64,000 nt of DNA from an uncultured Chloroflexia bacterium (GCA_963785845.1 CAWAWP010000003.1:738862-802861); one strand, 5' to 3'; counted from the stretch's first letter, positions 1 through 10,922 are shown. Made by a program: numbers and translations. Notes: generated by a model not told the origin, from the letters alone.

Positions 1-1512
1 GGCGAGCGGCAGTTGGTCGAGGAGGTCGCCCGCGAGGAGTCCGGCGTCGCCAAGGCGGTTGCTGACCAGGAAACCGGCGCGGCTGTGGAGGTAAACGGCG
101 GCGCTGGCGGCATCGAATGGCGGCATGCCCTGGGCCAACAGACCGCCAACCGCGCCGGCGAGCACGTCACCAGTGCCAGCGGTGGCGAGCGCGGGGTTGC
201 CCGGCCAGTTGAGCCGCAGGCGACCATCGGGCGAGGCGATCAGCGTGGTAGCGCCTTTGAGGACGACGACGTGGCGCCACTCGCGAGCGTGTCGCGCGGC
301 GTCCAGCCGATCCGCGCCGCCACCGGAGACCTTGGCGCCACCAAGCAGCCGCGACATTTCGCCGGGATGTGGAGTGATCACGGTCTCTTCGGGGAGCCGA
401 TCCCACCAGGATGCGAGTGTCGAGAGGTTGTTGAGACCGTCGGCGTCGACGATCAGGCGCGGGCGATCCGCGACAGGCAAGGACTTCAGCCCAGCGAAGA
501 GGCACTCCAGGAAGGCTCGTGTGGCGTCGGATTGGCCGAGGCCGGGTCCGGCGACCAGCGCACGGTAGCCAGCGAGCGCGGCGAGCAGTGAGTCCGCGCG
601 CGCGGCGGGGTCAGCGTCGGACGGCGGCAGCAGGTGGAAGGTCGCCTCGGTGAGCTTGGCGGCGTAGATCGGCGCGAGATCGGGCGGGACAGCCATGGTA
701 ACGAGCCCCGCGCCAACGCGCCCAGCGGCGGTGGCGACGAGATAGGCAGAGCCAGGATAGGGTGGCGAACCGGCAAGCACCATCACCTTGCCGAACGTGC
801 CCTTGTTGCTGTCGAGCGGGCGTGGCGGCAGCAGCGGGCGAATGAAGGCAGCGTCGAGCTGCGCGACGAGTGTCTCAACGCGCATGCCGGGTGGCAGGCC
901 GATCGAGCCAACTTCGAGCGTGCCGACGTAAGATGCGGCGGGGAAGAGGAAGAGGCCGATTTTGGGGTAGGCAAGCGTCACGGTGAGGTCGCAATGGGGC
1001 GTCGCCTCGTCTGCGGCGCCGCTGTCGGCGTTGACGCCGGTGGGCAGATCTACCCCGAGGACGAAGAGGCCAGGGCGGCGGGCGCGCTCATCGCGTACGA
1101 GGGTAAGCAGGTGACGCATGCTCGGCTCCAACGGGCGCGCGTTGCCCGTGCCGAGCAGCGCGTCGGCGACGACATCGGCATGGGCGATCGCTTCGCGCAC
1201 CGCGGCGAGATCGTCGTTGACGGGGATCAGGCGCGCGTCCACCTCCAGGCGACGCTCCTTCCAGGCGTAGACGGTGACCCGCGCGCCCCACTCGGCGAGG
1301 TAGCGGCCGAGCACACGGCCATCGCCGCCATTGTTGCCGGGGCCGACGAGGATCAGCACATCGCGCTTCGAGACGTCGCCGCCGAGCGCGGCGCGGAGAC
1401 GCTCGGCAACGCTGCGGCCCGCGTGCTGCATGAGGGTGGGCGAGTCGAGGCCAAACTCGGTGGCGGCGCGCTGCTCGATCTCGCGCATCTCGGCGACGGT
1501 GACGATCTGCAT
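1..1512 (-). CDS. nnr: Bifunctional NAD(P)H-hydrate repair enzyme Nnr (YjeF_N epimerase + ADP-dependent dehydratase); C-terminus runs off the left edge
   Basis: Not in the ORF track because there is no stop in the window. My minus-strand translation from the ATG (CAT at 1510-1512, RBS GAGAGGAG 6 nt upstream) gives MQIVTVAEMREIEQRA..ILVGPGNNGGDG.. then KGTFGKVMVLAGS..ATAGTGDVLAGAVGG, the two Nnr domains. The plus-strand ORFs 13-591 and 634-1674 are antisense artefacts. Confidence 0.9.
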   Translation of the reverse strand, partial: MQIVTVAEMREIEQRAATEFGLDSPTLMQHAGRSVAERLRAALGGDVSKRDVLILVGPGNNGGDGRVLGRYLAEWGARVTVYAWKERRLEVDARLIPVNDDLAAVREAIAHADVVADALLGTGNARPLEPSMRHLLTLVRDERARRPGLFVLGVDLPTGVNADSGAADEATPHCDLTVTLAYPKIGLFLFPAASYVGTLEVGSIGLPPGMRVETLVAQLDAAFIRPLLPPRPLDSNKGTFGKVMVLAGSPPYPGSAYLVATAAGRVGAGLVTMAVPPDLAPIYAAKLTEATFHLLPPSDADPAARADSLLAALAGYRALVAGPGLGQSDATRAFLECLFAGLKSLPVADRPRLIVDADGLNNLSTLASWWDRLPEETVITPHPGEMSRLLGGAKVSGGGADRLDAARHAREWRHVVVLKGATTLIASPDGRLRLNWPGNPALATAGTGDVLAGAVGGLLAQGMPPFDAASAAVYLHSRAGFLVSNRLGDAGLLAGDLLDQLPLA

Positions 1513-1675
1513 GGCGATCTCCTCTCTCGCGGCTCGCTAGCGACTCGGCGTTCGGCGACCGTCCCAATTGTAGCGCGTGCCGTGATCGCCTACGAAGCGG
1601 GCGGAAAGAGCGACCGCCATCCCGAGCGTGCGGGACGGCGGCCTGAATTGGAGACGACGCGGGGCGAGACGTGAG

Positions 1676-2995
1676 TCAGCGAGCGGCCACCGGAGAGCGA
1701 CCGCGCGAGTTGGACGAACTCTTCGACTTGTCGGGCTCGTTGCCGGCAAGCTGGTTGAAGAGATTGAGGTAGTTGCGCAGGTTGGCGGTCGAGAGGAACT
1801 TATGGCGCACGTCTTCGCGACCACGCTCGGCCATCTCGCGGGTTTCGTCGGGGTGGCGCAGCACCCAGAGCGTACGCTCGACACACTGCTCGACGCTGTT
1901 GACGAGGAAGCCCGTCACCTCATCCTGAATTTGCAGAGGGATGCCGCCGACGTTGCCGCCGATGGTCGGGCGCGACTTCCAGAGTCCCTCGGTGACAGTG
2001 AGGCCGAATCCCTCGCGAAGCGACTTCTGCAAGATTACGGAGGCGAAGCGCTGAAAGGCGTTGACCTCGACATTGCCGACGCCGTCGAGATTGGAGAGCA
2101 GCTTGACGTCGGGGTCGTCGCCGGCATAGTCCTTGGTGCGCTGGTAATATTCCATGCCTTCGGGGTCGTCGTGGGCCATCGAGCCGATCATCACGAGCTG
2201 CATGTCGGGATACTCGGCCTTGACAGCATGGTAGACGTCGATGACGCCGAGTGGATCTTTCCAGGGGTCGAAGCGCGAGACCTGCACGAGCGCCGGCCGC
2301 TCGGGATCGACGCCGTAGAGATGGACGAGGCGCCGCACGTCGTCGTCGGACATGGGCATGTTCTTGGGGCTTAGGGGATCAATGGCGGGCGGGATGATGG
2401 CAATTTTGCCGATCTTGAGGTCTTGCTGGACATATTCGGGCATGGTGAAGATGGCGGCGTCGTACCTCTGGATGAACGGACGCAGGAAGCCCCAATAGCG
2501 CGGGCTGGCGGCGGTGAGATCGATGTGGCAACGCCAGATCCACTTGCCGGGATCGGCGCTGCGGAGCATGCGCAGAGGCGCGGGCTGCGGATCGTGGACG
2601 ATGACGTAATCGAATTCATCCTCGAAATAGACGGAATTATCGACGTTGGCATGCAGGTAGGCGGCGCGCATGGCGGGGGTAAGATCGAGATCCATCCCCT
2701 GCAAGGCATTGTGCATCGCCTTGGTTACGTTGAAAAACTCGTCGTGACCGGAGATGACACGCCACTCGGCTTCAAGCCCGACGCTGCGCATCAACGGGAC
2801 AAGGGTATGCAACATCTCGGCGACGCCGCCGCCATAGGCCGTCGCGTTGATGTGCAGGACGCGGGCGCCCTGGAGCGGTTGCGCCAGACGCTCCAGTTCG
2901 GCGATGACATCGTCGCCGACAACGGGCTGGTAGTCGGCCAGCGTTTTGTTTGAGAGTACGACGCTCTGCATACCCGGTGAGCGAACTTCCTGCAT
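1676..2995 (-). CDS. treT: Trehalose synthase TreT (GT4 glycosyltransferase)
   Basis: ORF 1676-3058(-). End-to-end resemblance to TreT: LHINATAYGGGVAEMLHTLVPLMRSVGLEAEWRVI, FFNVTKAMHNALQG, WIWRCHIDL, VSRFDPWKD, MAHDDPEG, EGFGLTVTEGLWK. Start placed at ATG 2995 (MQEVRSP.., AAGGAG about 10 nt upstream) by analogy with TreT N-termini. Starts at 3058 or 2971 are also possible. Confidence 0.85.
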   Translation of the reverse strand: MQEVRSPGMQSVVLSNKTLADYQPVVGDDVIAELERLAQPLQGARVLHINATAYGGGVAEMLHTLVPLMRSVGLEAEWRVISGHDEFFNVTKAMHNALQGMDLDLTPAMRAAYLHANVDNSVYFEDEFDYVIVHDPQPAPLRMLRSADPGKWIWRCHIDLTAASPRYWGFLRPFIQRYDAAIFTMPEYVQQDLKIGKIAIIPPAIDPLSPKNMPMSDDDVRRLVHLYGVDPERPALVQVSRFDPWKDPLGVIDVYHAVKAEYPDMQLVMIGSMAHDDPEGMEYYQRTKDYAGDDPDVKLLSNLDGVGNVEVNAFQRFASVILQKSLREGFGLTVTEGLWKSRPTIGGNVGGIPLQIQDEVTGFLVNSVEQCVERTLWVLRHPDETREMAERGREDVRHKFLSTANLRNYLNLFNQLAGNEPDKSKSSSNSRGRSPVAAR

Positions 2996-3274
2996 GACGC
3001 CAGGGCTCCTTACGTACGGTCCAACTAGGTCACTGCCCTCGCGAACGATCATTGTCACCTACGGCCTGTGCCGGGCCAGCACTACCGGACGGGTACGGGC
3101 GGTCTCCTTGCCCTTCACGCGCCTTGCGTCATCAACGGTTCCTCGCTGGGGTAGAGCGAGGTGCGCGCGTATTTGTCTCACGGTATCACACGCGATGTGC
3201 CCATGCTAGTGCGCGGTGGGCGCAAGATCGAGTCCGTGGCCGGAAGTACTGCCTTCTCAGGAATGGGCGCTCAG

Positions 3275-3868
3275 CTATGGGCGCTGGCAGCGCAGCACGA
3301 TATTGTCATCGACCGCGATGGTGTCGAGGATCGCCAGCTCGCGAGCGATGCGGCGGGTGGCGTCGGCGAGGGCGGGTCCACGCCACAAGTTGATGGTGGC
3401 GACGCCATCGGCGGTGAGGAGCCGCGCGACGTCGCGCAGGAAGGCGCTCGCGAGGACACCGTGCGTCATCTTGCCGGCGACGTAGAGATCCACACAGATC
3501 AGGTCGAAGCGCAGCTCGCAGCGCCGTGCGTAGGCGAAGGCATCTTCGGTGACGATCTCGACGTTGGGCAGCGTGTCCAGGCCGAATTCGGTGCGCGCGA
3601 GCCAGACCACGGCGGGGTCGCGCTCGACGCCGACGATCGGCAGTAGGCCCCAGCGCTGCGTGAGCAGCGTGGCGATCGTGCCACCACCGAGGCCAAGGAT
3701 CAGCGCGCTGGCAGGGCACGCGACACCCAGCATGGCATCCCAAACGTCTGGGACGTGCGCGGCATCCACCCCCACGGACTGGATCACCCCGCCAACGCGC
3801 AAAACTTTGCGCCCCGCTTCGAGGCGCACGGATGCCGCGGGCATCACGCTCCGATCCACTCGTCCCAT
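3275..3868 (-). CDS. Spermidine-synthase-like class I SAM-dependent methyltransferase
   Basis: ORF 3275-3985(-). Motifs LILGLGGGTIA (SAM motif I), IVGVERDP, ICVDLY. Start uncertain (ATG 3868 or 3844). Confidence 0.6.
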   Translation of the reverse strand: MGRVDRSVMPAASVRLEAGRKVLRVGGVIQSVGVDAAHVPDVWDAMLGVACPASALILGLGGGTIATLLTQRWGLLPIVGVERDPAVVWLARTEFGLDTLPNVEIVTEDAFAYARRCELRFDLICVDLYVAGKMTHGVLASAFLRDVARLLTADGVATINLWRGPALADATRRIARELAILDTIAVDDNIVLRCQRP

Positions 3869-4102
3869 GTCGCCCGTGATGCTCCCGCGGTAACGTCGAT
3901 TCCGCCCGATGCCCTCTGCGCCGGGGCGAATCGCACTCGCTGCGAACTGGTGTCGAGTTGGCGCGCGGCATTCCTTGGCACACACAACCCGCCAGTTTAG
4001 GAGTATACCGCAGAGCTTGGGGCAGCGTCGAGGGAGCTTGCCCTGCCAGGAGCGTTAGCGGCCATGAAGTCATGGAGCGGCGCTGGATACGGCGGGCCGA
4101 GA

Positions 4103-4729
4103 CTAGAGGGGTGTGGCGAAGTCCTGCGTCCAGTAGGAACCGTAGGGACTGCCACTCTGATACCAGTAGCCAAAGCCGACATCGCGGAGCGAGCAGTTGA
4201 GCAGGTTACGGCGATGGCCGTCGTTGGGGGGCGTCTCGTTGAAGAACGCGTCGATGACCGCCTCGGGCGTGGAGTAGCCGGCGGCGATGTTCTCGGCGGC
4301 GGTGGAGAATTGGTAGCCCGCCGCGTGGATACGATCCCAGGGCGTCTGGCCGGAGGGGCTGTTGTGGTCGAAGTAGCCGTTGCGAGCCATATCCTGGCTG
4401 TGTAGCAGAGCGGACTGGTCGAGCTTCGCGTTCTCGCGGAGCGGGGGACAGCCGAATTGGCCGCGATACGAATTCGTTCGCGCGAGGGCGCGAGCGGCGA
4501 AATCCGAGAACGTGACCGTCGCTGTGGCGCGAGGGGCAGGTTGTGAGGGACTTGCCGTAGCGGTGTGGACGGGCGTGCGTGCGGCCGTCGTTGCCGTCGA
4601 GGTCCGCACGCCAGGGCGCGACAGTGTGGCGCTCGACGCGGGGGTGGCCGGGGAGACGGCATTTGTCGTCGTCGCCGCGGCGCAGCCGGCGAGGCACAGG
4701 AGCAGCAGGAGGGCGGTGAAGCGTCGCAT
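4103..4729 (-). CDS. CAP/SCP-domain (YkwD-like) lipoprotein
   Basis: Lipobox LLLLCLAGC, an Ala/Thr/Ser-rich linker, then CAP-domain motifs HSQDMARNGYFDHNSP, AENIAAGY, GHRRNLL. Confidence 0.8.
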   Translation of the reverse strand: MRRFTALLLLLCLAGCAAATTTNAVSPATPASSATLSRPGVRTSTATTAARTPVHTATASPSQPAPRATATVTFSDFAARALARTNSYRGQFGCPPLRENAKLDQSALLHSQDMARNGYFDHNSPSGQTPWDRIHAAGYQFSTAAENIAAGYSTPEAVIDAFFNETPPNDGHRRNLLNCSLRDVGFGYWYQSGSPYGSYWTQDFATPL

Positions 4730-4990
4730 CGCGGAGATCCTCGCCAGTCACGCATGGCCTGAGGGTCGGCAGCCCAGTGTAGCACGGCGTGGGACGTCGC
4801 ACCCGCACGGTGGGACTGACGTGTGGCTTGCGTGAACCGGCTCGGCGCATACGAAGACATGCCGACAAGGGGCGGATATGTTACTCGATGGTCGGTTCGT
4901 GCGTACTATGTCTACCCCTTGGAGCGGCATATGCGTGGAGGGAGGGGGGGCCGCGCAATGACGGGCGGCGCGTAGGGAAACTCAGGAGCA

Positions 4991-5848
4991 GTGGCGATGT
5001 TTGTGTTTTTCGATATCGGCGATACCCTGGTAGACGAAGCGGATTTCGCGCGCTTCCGTCACGCGAGCATCTATGAATTCTTGATGCGGCGCGGCTGCTC
5101 GATCTCTGAGGAGCAGTATCAGAGCGATCTGAACAACCTCTCGATGCAGGGCCGCATGACGCTCTTCGATCAACTGCTCTGGCTGGCGCGGCGCAACGGT
5201 GGCGATACGTTGCTGGCTATGGCTGTGTTCCGCGACTACATTCTCCACGTCGCACCCGAGGCACCGCAGCGCTTCGTGCCGTTCGCGGACGCGCGGGCAA
5301 CGCTGGCAGCACTGGCGCATCCAACGGATGACGCCACGCCGCGCCCCCGCATGGGCATCATCGCCAACCAACCGACGTGGATTCGCCCCCGCATGCAGGA
5401 TTGGGGGCTGCTGGAGTTCTTCGAGGCGGAGAGTGTGGTGATCTCCGACGAAGTGGCGATCAGCAAGCCGCGTCCGGAGATCTTCGAGTTCGCGCTGCGA
5501 CAGGCGGGAGCGACGCCCGCGGAGGCGGTGATGGTCGGCAACGACTACGGCAACGACATACTGCCGGCGAAAAACCTCGGCATGCGCACGATCTGGATCG
5601 AGCGCGACGACCCCTATGCGCCGGGGGCACCGCCGATCCTCGACGCGCGAGCGGCGGATGCGCGAGTGCTACAACTTGAACAGGTGCCGGCGGCGCTGGC
5701 GCGATTGGAGTTGAGCATGCACGGCAGCGCCGCGAACCATTCCGCGAACCATGCCAACAACCATGCCAACGGACACAACGGCGCACGCAACGGACGCTAC
5801 AAGGCGGGCAGCAGGGATAACACGGCTGCGCGCCCGGCGCATCCATAG
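4991..5848 (+). CDS. HAD-family hydrolase
   Basis: DxDxT motif FFDIGDTLVDE near the N-terminus, SKPRPEIF, and a late motif VMVGNDYGNDI. The His/Asn-rich C-terminal tail is low complexity. Confidence 0.8.
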   Translation: MAMFVFFDIGDTLVDEADFARFRHASIYEFLMRRGCSISEEQYQSDLNNLSMQGRMTLFDQLLWLARRNGGDTLLAMAVFRDYILHVAPEAPQRFVPFADARATLAALAHPTDDATPRPRMGIIANQPTWIRPRMQDWGLLEFFEAESVVISDEVAISKPRPEIFEFALRQAGATPAEAVMVGNDYGNDILPAKNLGMRTIWIERDDPYAPGAPPILDARAADARVLQLEQVPAALARLELSMHGSAANHSANHANNHANGHNGARNGRYKAGSRDNTAARPAHP

Positions 5849-5886
5849 GCATCCGTAGGCATCCATGGGCCGCGCGGCGCTCCGAC

Positions 5887-6486
5887 TCAGCGGGGCGTCT
5901 CGGGCGAGGGGATGAAGGGCGCGCCATGCCCCGGAACGATCAGCGCGAGGCCGGGGATGGCGAGGACGCGGGCGCGTCCGCTGTGCAGGGCGGCGAGATC
6001 GGCGGCGAGGGGATCTTCGGCGGGGCCTTTGGCCGACCACCAGAGATGCGTGCAGGCGACGATACCCGACGCGGTGTCGATCAGCGTGGTAATGTCCTGC
6101 GGCGTGTGGCCCGGCGTCTCGATCAGGCGGATCGCTGGCGAGACGTTGAAGCCCTCGGCAGGGCGATCCGTCCACAGGTCGCCCTGGTAGATCGCCCAGT
6201 GATCGTGGAATCGCGCCCGCGGGAAGAGCGCGGCATTGAGCGTGTGGTCGGGATGGTGGTGGGAGAAGATCACGTCGGTAATCGTCTCCGGCGCGGCACC
6301 AAGCGCGGCAAGCGGCTCCAGGATCGCCTCGCGACTCGGCGCCATGCCGGGATCGATGACGACGTGGATGTCGCCATCGCGGACATAGGTGATGGTGGAG
6401 GCGGTGTGCGGCCCGACGTAGCCCGCGAAGAGCACGTGCAGGTCCGCCGGGCGGAACGGCGTCTGGGGGGCGGACATGTCGTGCAT
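5887..6486 (-). CDS. MBL-fold metallo-hydrolase
   Basis: SHHHPDHTLN (HxHxDH) and ETPGHTPQD motifs in a 199-aa ORF. Confidence 0.85.
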   Translation of the reverse strand: MHDMSAPQTPFRPADLHVLFAGYVGPHTASTITYVRDGDIHVVIDPGMAPSREAILEPLAALGAAPETITDVIFSHHHPDHTLNAALFPRARFHDHWAIYQGDLWTDRPAEGFNVSPAIRLIETPGHTPQDITTLIDTASGIVACTHLWWSAKGPAEDPLAADLAALHSGRARVLAIPGLALIVPGHGAPFIPSPETPR

Positions 6487-6507
6487 CCTCCGACTCGCGA
6501 ATCAGTC

Positions 6508-7084
6508 TCAGGCCTGCGGCTCAACCGCAGGATCATCGAGCGACGTCTCGTCAGTGGGGCTGCCGGCGGCTGCTTGCGTTGCGCGAACGATCGACACCCC
6601 GAAGCCGATCAGCGCGAAGAGCAGGAGGATCAGCGTGTATCCAGGGCCGAGTAGCAGCGTGATCGCGCCGGCCGCGAGCATCGTCCAGCCGACCCATGCA
6701 GGAAACACGCGCGCACGCGCCGAGACCCAGCCAAGCAGCAGGTAGCCGAACATCTCGAGGACGATGTAGACCCAGAAGGCGAATTTGTGGAAGGTTGATG
6801 CCAAAGATCGCCAGGAAGATGTCGAACGCATTGAGGCCGACGCCGACGGCCACGCAGAGGAAAGCAGCTTGTCCCACGCGATCTTTGGGGGGCTGCATGG
6901 CGTAGATCGCCGGAAGTCCGACGAGCATCAGAACGTAGGCAACCACGTTGATCAGGAGGGCCAGCGCGGGAGCGGCAACGTTTGGGTTGGTATTGGTATT
7001 GATGAAGAGCGCCCAGAGAATCAAGCCGAGCAGAAGTCCGCCGCTCGCAATGAGCGCCAGTCCGCCGCGGCGGAGGGTATACAT
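6508..7084 (-). CDS. Integral membrane protein with an apparent single frameshift near 6789-6796
   Basis: ORF 6551-7084(-) is hydrophobic up to ..FLAIFGIN. ORF 6508-6831(-) continues as FHKFAFWVYIVLEMFGYLLLGW... Removing one C from a CC doublet (GG at 6793-6794 on the plus strand) joins them. Confidence 0.6.
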
Positions 7085-7202
7085 GTCGCGCGCCTTTCAC
7101 CGCCGGAGCGCGGTCTTGGGAGGCTTACGGCCCCTACAAATCAGGAGAACTACCTGGAAAGTATGCACGGCGGGCGGTGAAAAGGCAAGGAATTGGGAGG
7201 CG

Positions 7203-8348
7203 TCAGCGCGCGATGGGGGTGGCGAAAGGCAGTTGCAGGCCGGGCCGCACGTCGAGATCGTAGCCGGAGCGTTCGCCGAGCCGCAGGTGGAAGTAGCCCG
7301 CCGAGGCGATCATCGCGGCGTTGTCGGTGCAGAGGGCGACTGGCGGATAGCGTAAGGCGATGCCCAACGGCGCGAGATCGACGCTGAGGCGGGCGCGCAG
7401 CGCGGTGTTCGCGGCGACGCCACCCGCGAGCAGCACCTGGCGCACACCCAATTCGCGAGCGGCGCGAGTCGTCTTGGCGGCGAGCACGTCCACTACGGCG
7501 TCTTGGAAAGCGGCGGCGACATCGGGGACGGCGAGCGCGACGCCTGTGGCGGCCACTGCGGCCGCCTCGCGAGCGTAGCGGCTGGCCCCCTCGGCTACGA
7601 CGCTGGATTGCGCACCCTCGACGAGTTGGAGTACGGCGGTCTTGAGCCCGCTGAAGCTGAAGTCGTGGGTGCCAGGGAGCCAGGCGCGCGGCAGGGTATA
7701 CGGGTTCGGCGCGGCGGCATCGCGGCTGGCGGCGACGCGCTCGACGGCAGGTCCGCCGGGGTAGCCGAGGCCGAGGACACGTGCGACTTTGTCGAAGGCT
7801 TCGCCGGCGGCATCGTCGCGCGTCTGGCCGAGCAGTTCGTAGCGGCCGTGGCGGGGGATGTAGACGAGTTCGCTGTGGGCACCGGAAATGACCAGGGCGA
7901 GCAATGGAAACGCGGGGTCGCCAGGACGCTCGTCGTCTGTGGTTGGAGGAGCAAGCGCGGCAGGGTTGGCGCCGGCCTCGGCATGGAGCCAGTTGGCGTA
8001 GATGTGCGCCTCAAGATGGTTGACGCCCAACAGCGGCAGATTCCGCGCCAGCGCGAGGGCTTTGGCGGCGGTAAGGCCGATCAACAGCGAACCGGCGAGG
8101 CCCGGCCCATAGGTGACGGCAATGCCATCGAGATCGCTCCAGCCGACGTTCGCCGCTTCCAGTGCGGACTCGAGGACAGGGAGGATCGCGCTGAGTTGCT
8201 GCCGTGAGGCAACCTCAGGGACCACGCCGCCGTAGCGCTGGTGAATGGCAATCTGTGTAGCGACGACGTTCGAGCGGATCAGGCGGCCATCCTCGACGAC
8301 GGCGGCGCCAGTCTCGTCGCAGGAGCTTTCAATGCCCAGTACGCGCAT
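7203..8348 (-). CDS. tsaD: tRNA N6-adenosine threonylcarbamoyltransferase TsaD
   Basis: [42 protein letters not shown]. Start set at the internal ATG 8348 of ORF 7203-8378. Confidence 0.95.
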   Translation of the reverse strand: MRVLGIESSCDETGAAVVEDGRLIRSNVVATQIAIHQRYGGVVPEVASRQQLSAILPVLESALEAANVGWSDLDGIAVTYGPGLAGSLLIGLTAAKALALARNLPLLGVNHLEAHIYANWLHAEAGANPAALAPPTTDDERPGDPAFPLLALVISGAHSELVYIPRHGRYELLGQTRDDAAGEAFDKVARVLGLGYPGGPAVERVAASRDAAAPNPYTLPRAWLPGTHDFSFSGLKTAVLQLVEGAQSSVVAEGASRYAREAAAVAATGVALAVPDVAAAFQDAVVDVLAAKTTRAARELGVRQVLLAGGVAANTALRARLSVDLAPLGIALRYPPVALCTDNAAMIASAGYFHLRLGERSGYDLDVRPGLQLPFATPIAR

Positions 8349-8404
8349 GGCGATCTTCGATTCCTCATCTGGCCGCACGTTTCGCGGGGGCTTTCGGCGG
8401 AGGC

Positions 8405-9094
8405 TCAGCGCGTGGGCGGCAGCGGTCCGCCGCTTGATCCCGCGCCGCCAGCGTGGCTGGCAACATTGGCGGCACGCTCGTCGGCATCGAGCCGGGTGAG
8501 CAGTGTCTGGCGAAGCATAGCAAAGCGCTCGCGATAATCGGCGCTGATGATCAACGGTGTGCCCATCACGAACGCGTCTTCGTGATTGTCGCTGTAGTAG
8601 CGGCGCCGCCGCCCCTCGACGACGAAGCCGTATTTCTGGTAGAGGCTCTGCGCCAGCGTGTTAGAGACACGCACCTCAAGGGTGACACGCCGCGCGCCGA
8701 TCTCGAAAGCGATGCCCACGAGTGTATTGAGCATCAACTCGCCGATGCCGCGGCCGCGATAATCTGGATGATCGGCGATGGTGGTGACGTGCGCCTCGTC
8801 CATCATCTGCCAGAGCCCGGCGAAGCCGACGATCAGACCATGCTCGGCGGTGGATGGTGTGGAGGGGCGGCCCTGCCATAGCGAGAGCGGGAAGCGGCGC
8901 GGCGGCGCGGAGTGTGGCTGCCCGGTCGGCGCGCTGACGGCGGTGTCGCGCACGACGATATAGTGCGCATAGTGATTCTCTTGCAACTCTTTGCGGTACG
9001 CGCTCGAAGGCCAGGGCGCGGCGTAGGCGAGGCGCTCGATCTCGACGATGCGCGGAATATCCGCCATCGTCATGCGCTCAACGGCGTAGCGCAT
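8405..9094 (-). CDS. rimI: Ribosomal-protein-alanine N-acetyltransferase RimI (GNAT)
   Basis: GNAT core with [10 protein letters not shown], lying between tsaB and tsaD as is typical. Start at ATG 9094 (MRYAVERM), with GGAGAGGA upstream. Confidence 0.85.
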   Translation of the reverse strand: MRYAVERMTMADIPRIVEIERLAYAAPWPSSAYRKELQENHYAHYIVVRDTAVSAPTGQPHSAPPRRFPLSLWQGRPSTPSTAEHGLIVGFAGLWQMMDEAHVTTIADHPDYRGRGIGELMLNTLVGIAFEIGARRVTLEVRVSNTLAQSLYQKYGFVVEGRRRRYYSDNHEDAFVMGTPLIISADYRERFAMLRQTLLTRLDADERAANVASHAGGAGSSGGPLPPTR

Positions 9095-9836
9095 GGACGT
9101 TATCCTCTCCACCCTCCGCTGGCGCTGCGGGGTCACGGTACGGCGGGAGCGCAACCTTGGCGCTCCGCGTGATCGCCGGCTTACGCAAGTACAGAGGCTC
9201 GAGCGCCAGCGGATCGTCCGCTTCGCCGGACGCGGCCCGCGCGAATGCCAACGCCGCGAGGCTGCTCGCCCGTCGGAGAGCGAGGGCAGGCGTGAAACGC
9301 GCTCGCGCGCCGAACGCGCGTCGCAATGCGCTCACTGTCTCCTCGCGCCACTCGCCAGCGATGACCGCCGGGCCGTCGTCGCGTGCGGCAAGCTCTTCGG
9401 GCGTCGCCACCATGTAGCCCTCCACTGGCATCCAACCATCAGGCGAATCCGCCGGGACATAGCGCGCGGCATAGACCTGGCCGCGCCCGGCGTCGAGCAG
9501 CGCCCAGATCGGCACGGTGCCGCAGGCGTAGGGCCACGCGATCACGTCGAGCGTGGCGTGGCCGTAGATCGCGATGCCGAGCGCGAAGGCCAGCGTCTTC
9601 GCGGCAGTGACGGCGACGCGTGTGCCGTTAAAGGAGCCGGGCCCGCGAGCCACCGCGATGGCGTTCAGCAGATTGGGTGCCATATGCACGCTATCGAGGA
9701 GATGCGCGACGCGATCGAAGAGTTCCGCGCTGTGGCGCTGACCGACCTCCCAGGTCAACTCGGCAAGCAACTGCCCGTCGCGGGCGACGGCGATGCTAGC
9801 GTAATTGGTGGAGGTGTCGAGCGCGAGCAGCAACAT
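9078..9836 (-). CDS. tsaB: tRNA threonylcarbamoyladenosine biosynthesis protein TsaB
   Basis: MLLLALDTSTNYASIAVA.., ARGPGSFNGTRV. Start at ATG 9836 inside the longer ORF 9078-10136. Overlaps the rimI start by 17 nt. Confidence 0.9.
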   Translation of the reverse strand: MLLLALDTSTNYASIAVARDGQLLAELTWEVGQRHSAELFDRVAHLLDSVHMAPNLLNAIAVARGPGSFNGTRVAVTAAKTLAFALGIAIYGHATLDVIAWPYACGTVPIWALLDAGRGQVYAARYVPADSPDGWMPVEGYMVATPEELAARDDGPAVIAGEWREETVSALRRAFGARARFTPALALRRASSLAALAFARAASGEADDPLALEPLYLRKPAITRSAKVALPPYRDPAAPAEGGEDNVHALRR

Positions 9837-9843
9837 AGCACGA

Positions 9844-10389
9844 CTATCCTTGCGCTGTCGTCGAGACGGCGGCGAAGTCTTCGAGCAAGGCACGGCCGCG
9901 CACGTCGTGGGCCGAGCAGCGCAGCAGCCGCGATGCCGCGCCGGTCGCCAGCAGCAGAATGCGCAGATAGCTCTCCGGCCAGGGAGCACTGCCGTCCGGC
10001 GCCTCGCCGCGCTCGGCCCACTCGACCACGCAGACGCCCTCGCCCTCGAAATACTGCTCGAAACCCAGCGTCTCGACCTCGGCGGGGTCGTCCAGGCGAT
10101 AGAGATCGAAGTGATAGAGCGGCAGCCTGCCCGCATGCTCCTTGAGAATGGTGAAGGTAGGGCTGTTCACCGCCCCGACGACACCCAGACCACGCCCAAT
10201 GCCTTGCGTGAGCGCCGTTTTGCCCGCGCCGAGCGCGCCATGGAGCAGCACGACGTCGCCCGCTTGGAGCAGGCCGCCCAGCACCTCGCCCAGCCGCCGC
10301 GTCTCGTCGGGACTCGCACTCTGCAAGTCCACAGTCCACGGCTCGCCTCGTGGCGTCTGCTCGGCTGCGCTCGAACGGGATACGCTCAT
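9844..10389 (-). CDS. tsaE: tRNA threonylcarbamoyladenosine biosynthesis ATPase TsaE
   Basis: P-loop LHGALGAGKTALTQGI, SPTFTI, YHFDLYRL. Start at ATG 10389 (MSVSR). Confidence 0.9.
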   Translation of the reverse strand: MSVSRSSAAEQTPRGEPWTVDLQSASPDETRRLGEVLGGLLQAGDVVLLHGALGAGKTALTQGIGRGLGVVGAVNSPTFTILKEHAGRLPLYHFDLYRLDDPAEVETLGFEQYFEGEGVCVVEWAERGEAPDGSAPWPESYLRILLLATGAASRLLRCSAHDVRGRALLEDFAAVSTTAQG

Positions 10390-10487
10390 CGTCTCGCTAT
10401 CTACTTCGTGTACGGAATCCGCGGGCAGACCGCGCCCAGCCGGATTATACAACGGCGCGCGGTGACGGCGGCCACGCGGCTGGCCGC

Positions 10488-10904
10488 TCAGGCGGGCAGG
10501 TGGGCACCGCAGGCAGCGCAGTATGCCGCGCCGCGATGGCTCGTTCGCCCACAGTTCGGGCAGGTGACGTCGTCTGCGCGGCGCACCACTGTGACGGAGA
10601 CGCTGCCCGGCGTGAACGACTCGGAGCGAATGTCGTTGACGCTGGTGCGCCCGCTGGCGATCTCAGAGTCGAGCGTGCGGAGGCGTTGCGCCAGCGCCGA
10701 AAGCGTGGCATTGTTCAACTGGCCGCGCCCTTCAAGCTCCCCAACGACATGGCCGATCTGGTCGAGCAGCGTGACGCGCTCGCGCTCGGCGAGCTCGATA
10801 TCGCGCTGGCGAGCTGAGGCACGACGCAGCTTGTCAGCCTCCCACGCGGCACGTTCGACGGCGCTGCTGGCCATGCGCCGCGCGTTTTCGAGAATGTCTT
10901 GCAT
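10488..10904 (-). CDS. Coiled-coil protein with a C-terminal zinc ribbon
   Basis: 138-aa ORF. A charged helical N-terminal part, then CPNCG..x10..CAACG. Confidence 0.6.
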   Translation of the reverse strand: MQDILENARRMASSAVERAAWEADKLRRASARQRDIELAERERVTLLDQIGHVVGELEGRGQLNNATLSALAQRLRTLDSEIASGRTSVNDIRSESFTPGSVSVTVVRRADDVTCPNCGRTSHRGAAYCAACGAHLPA

Positions 10905-10922
10905 AGCCTTCTCTCACTTCCC

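Noticed and set aside
634-1674. Long ORFs antisense to real genes, for example 634-1674(+), 9093-10145(+), 12688-13848(+), 28587-29876(+), 34469-35818(-), 34471-35853(+), 60561-61346(-), 60877-61767(-) and 62445-63374(-).
   Set aside because: These are Arg/Ala/Gly/Pro-rich low-complexity translations opposite well-supported genes. This is the usual high-GC antisense artefact.
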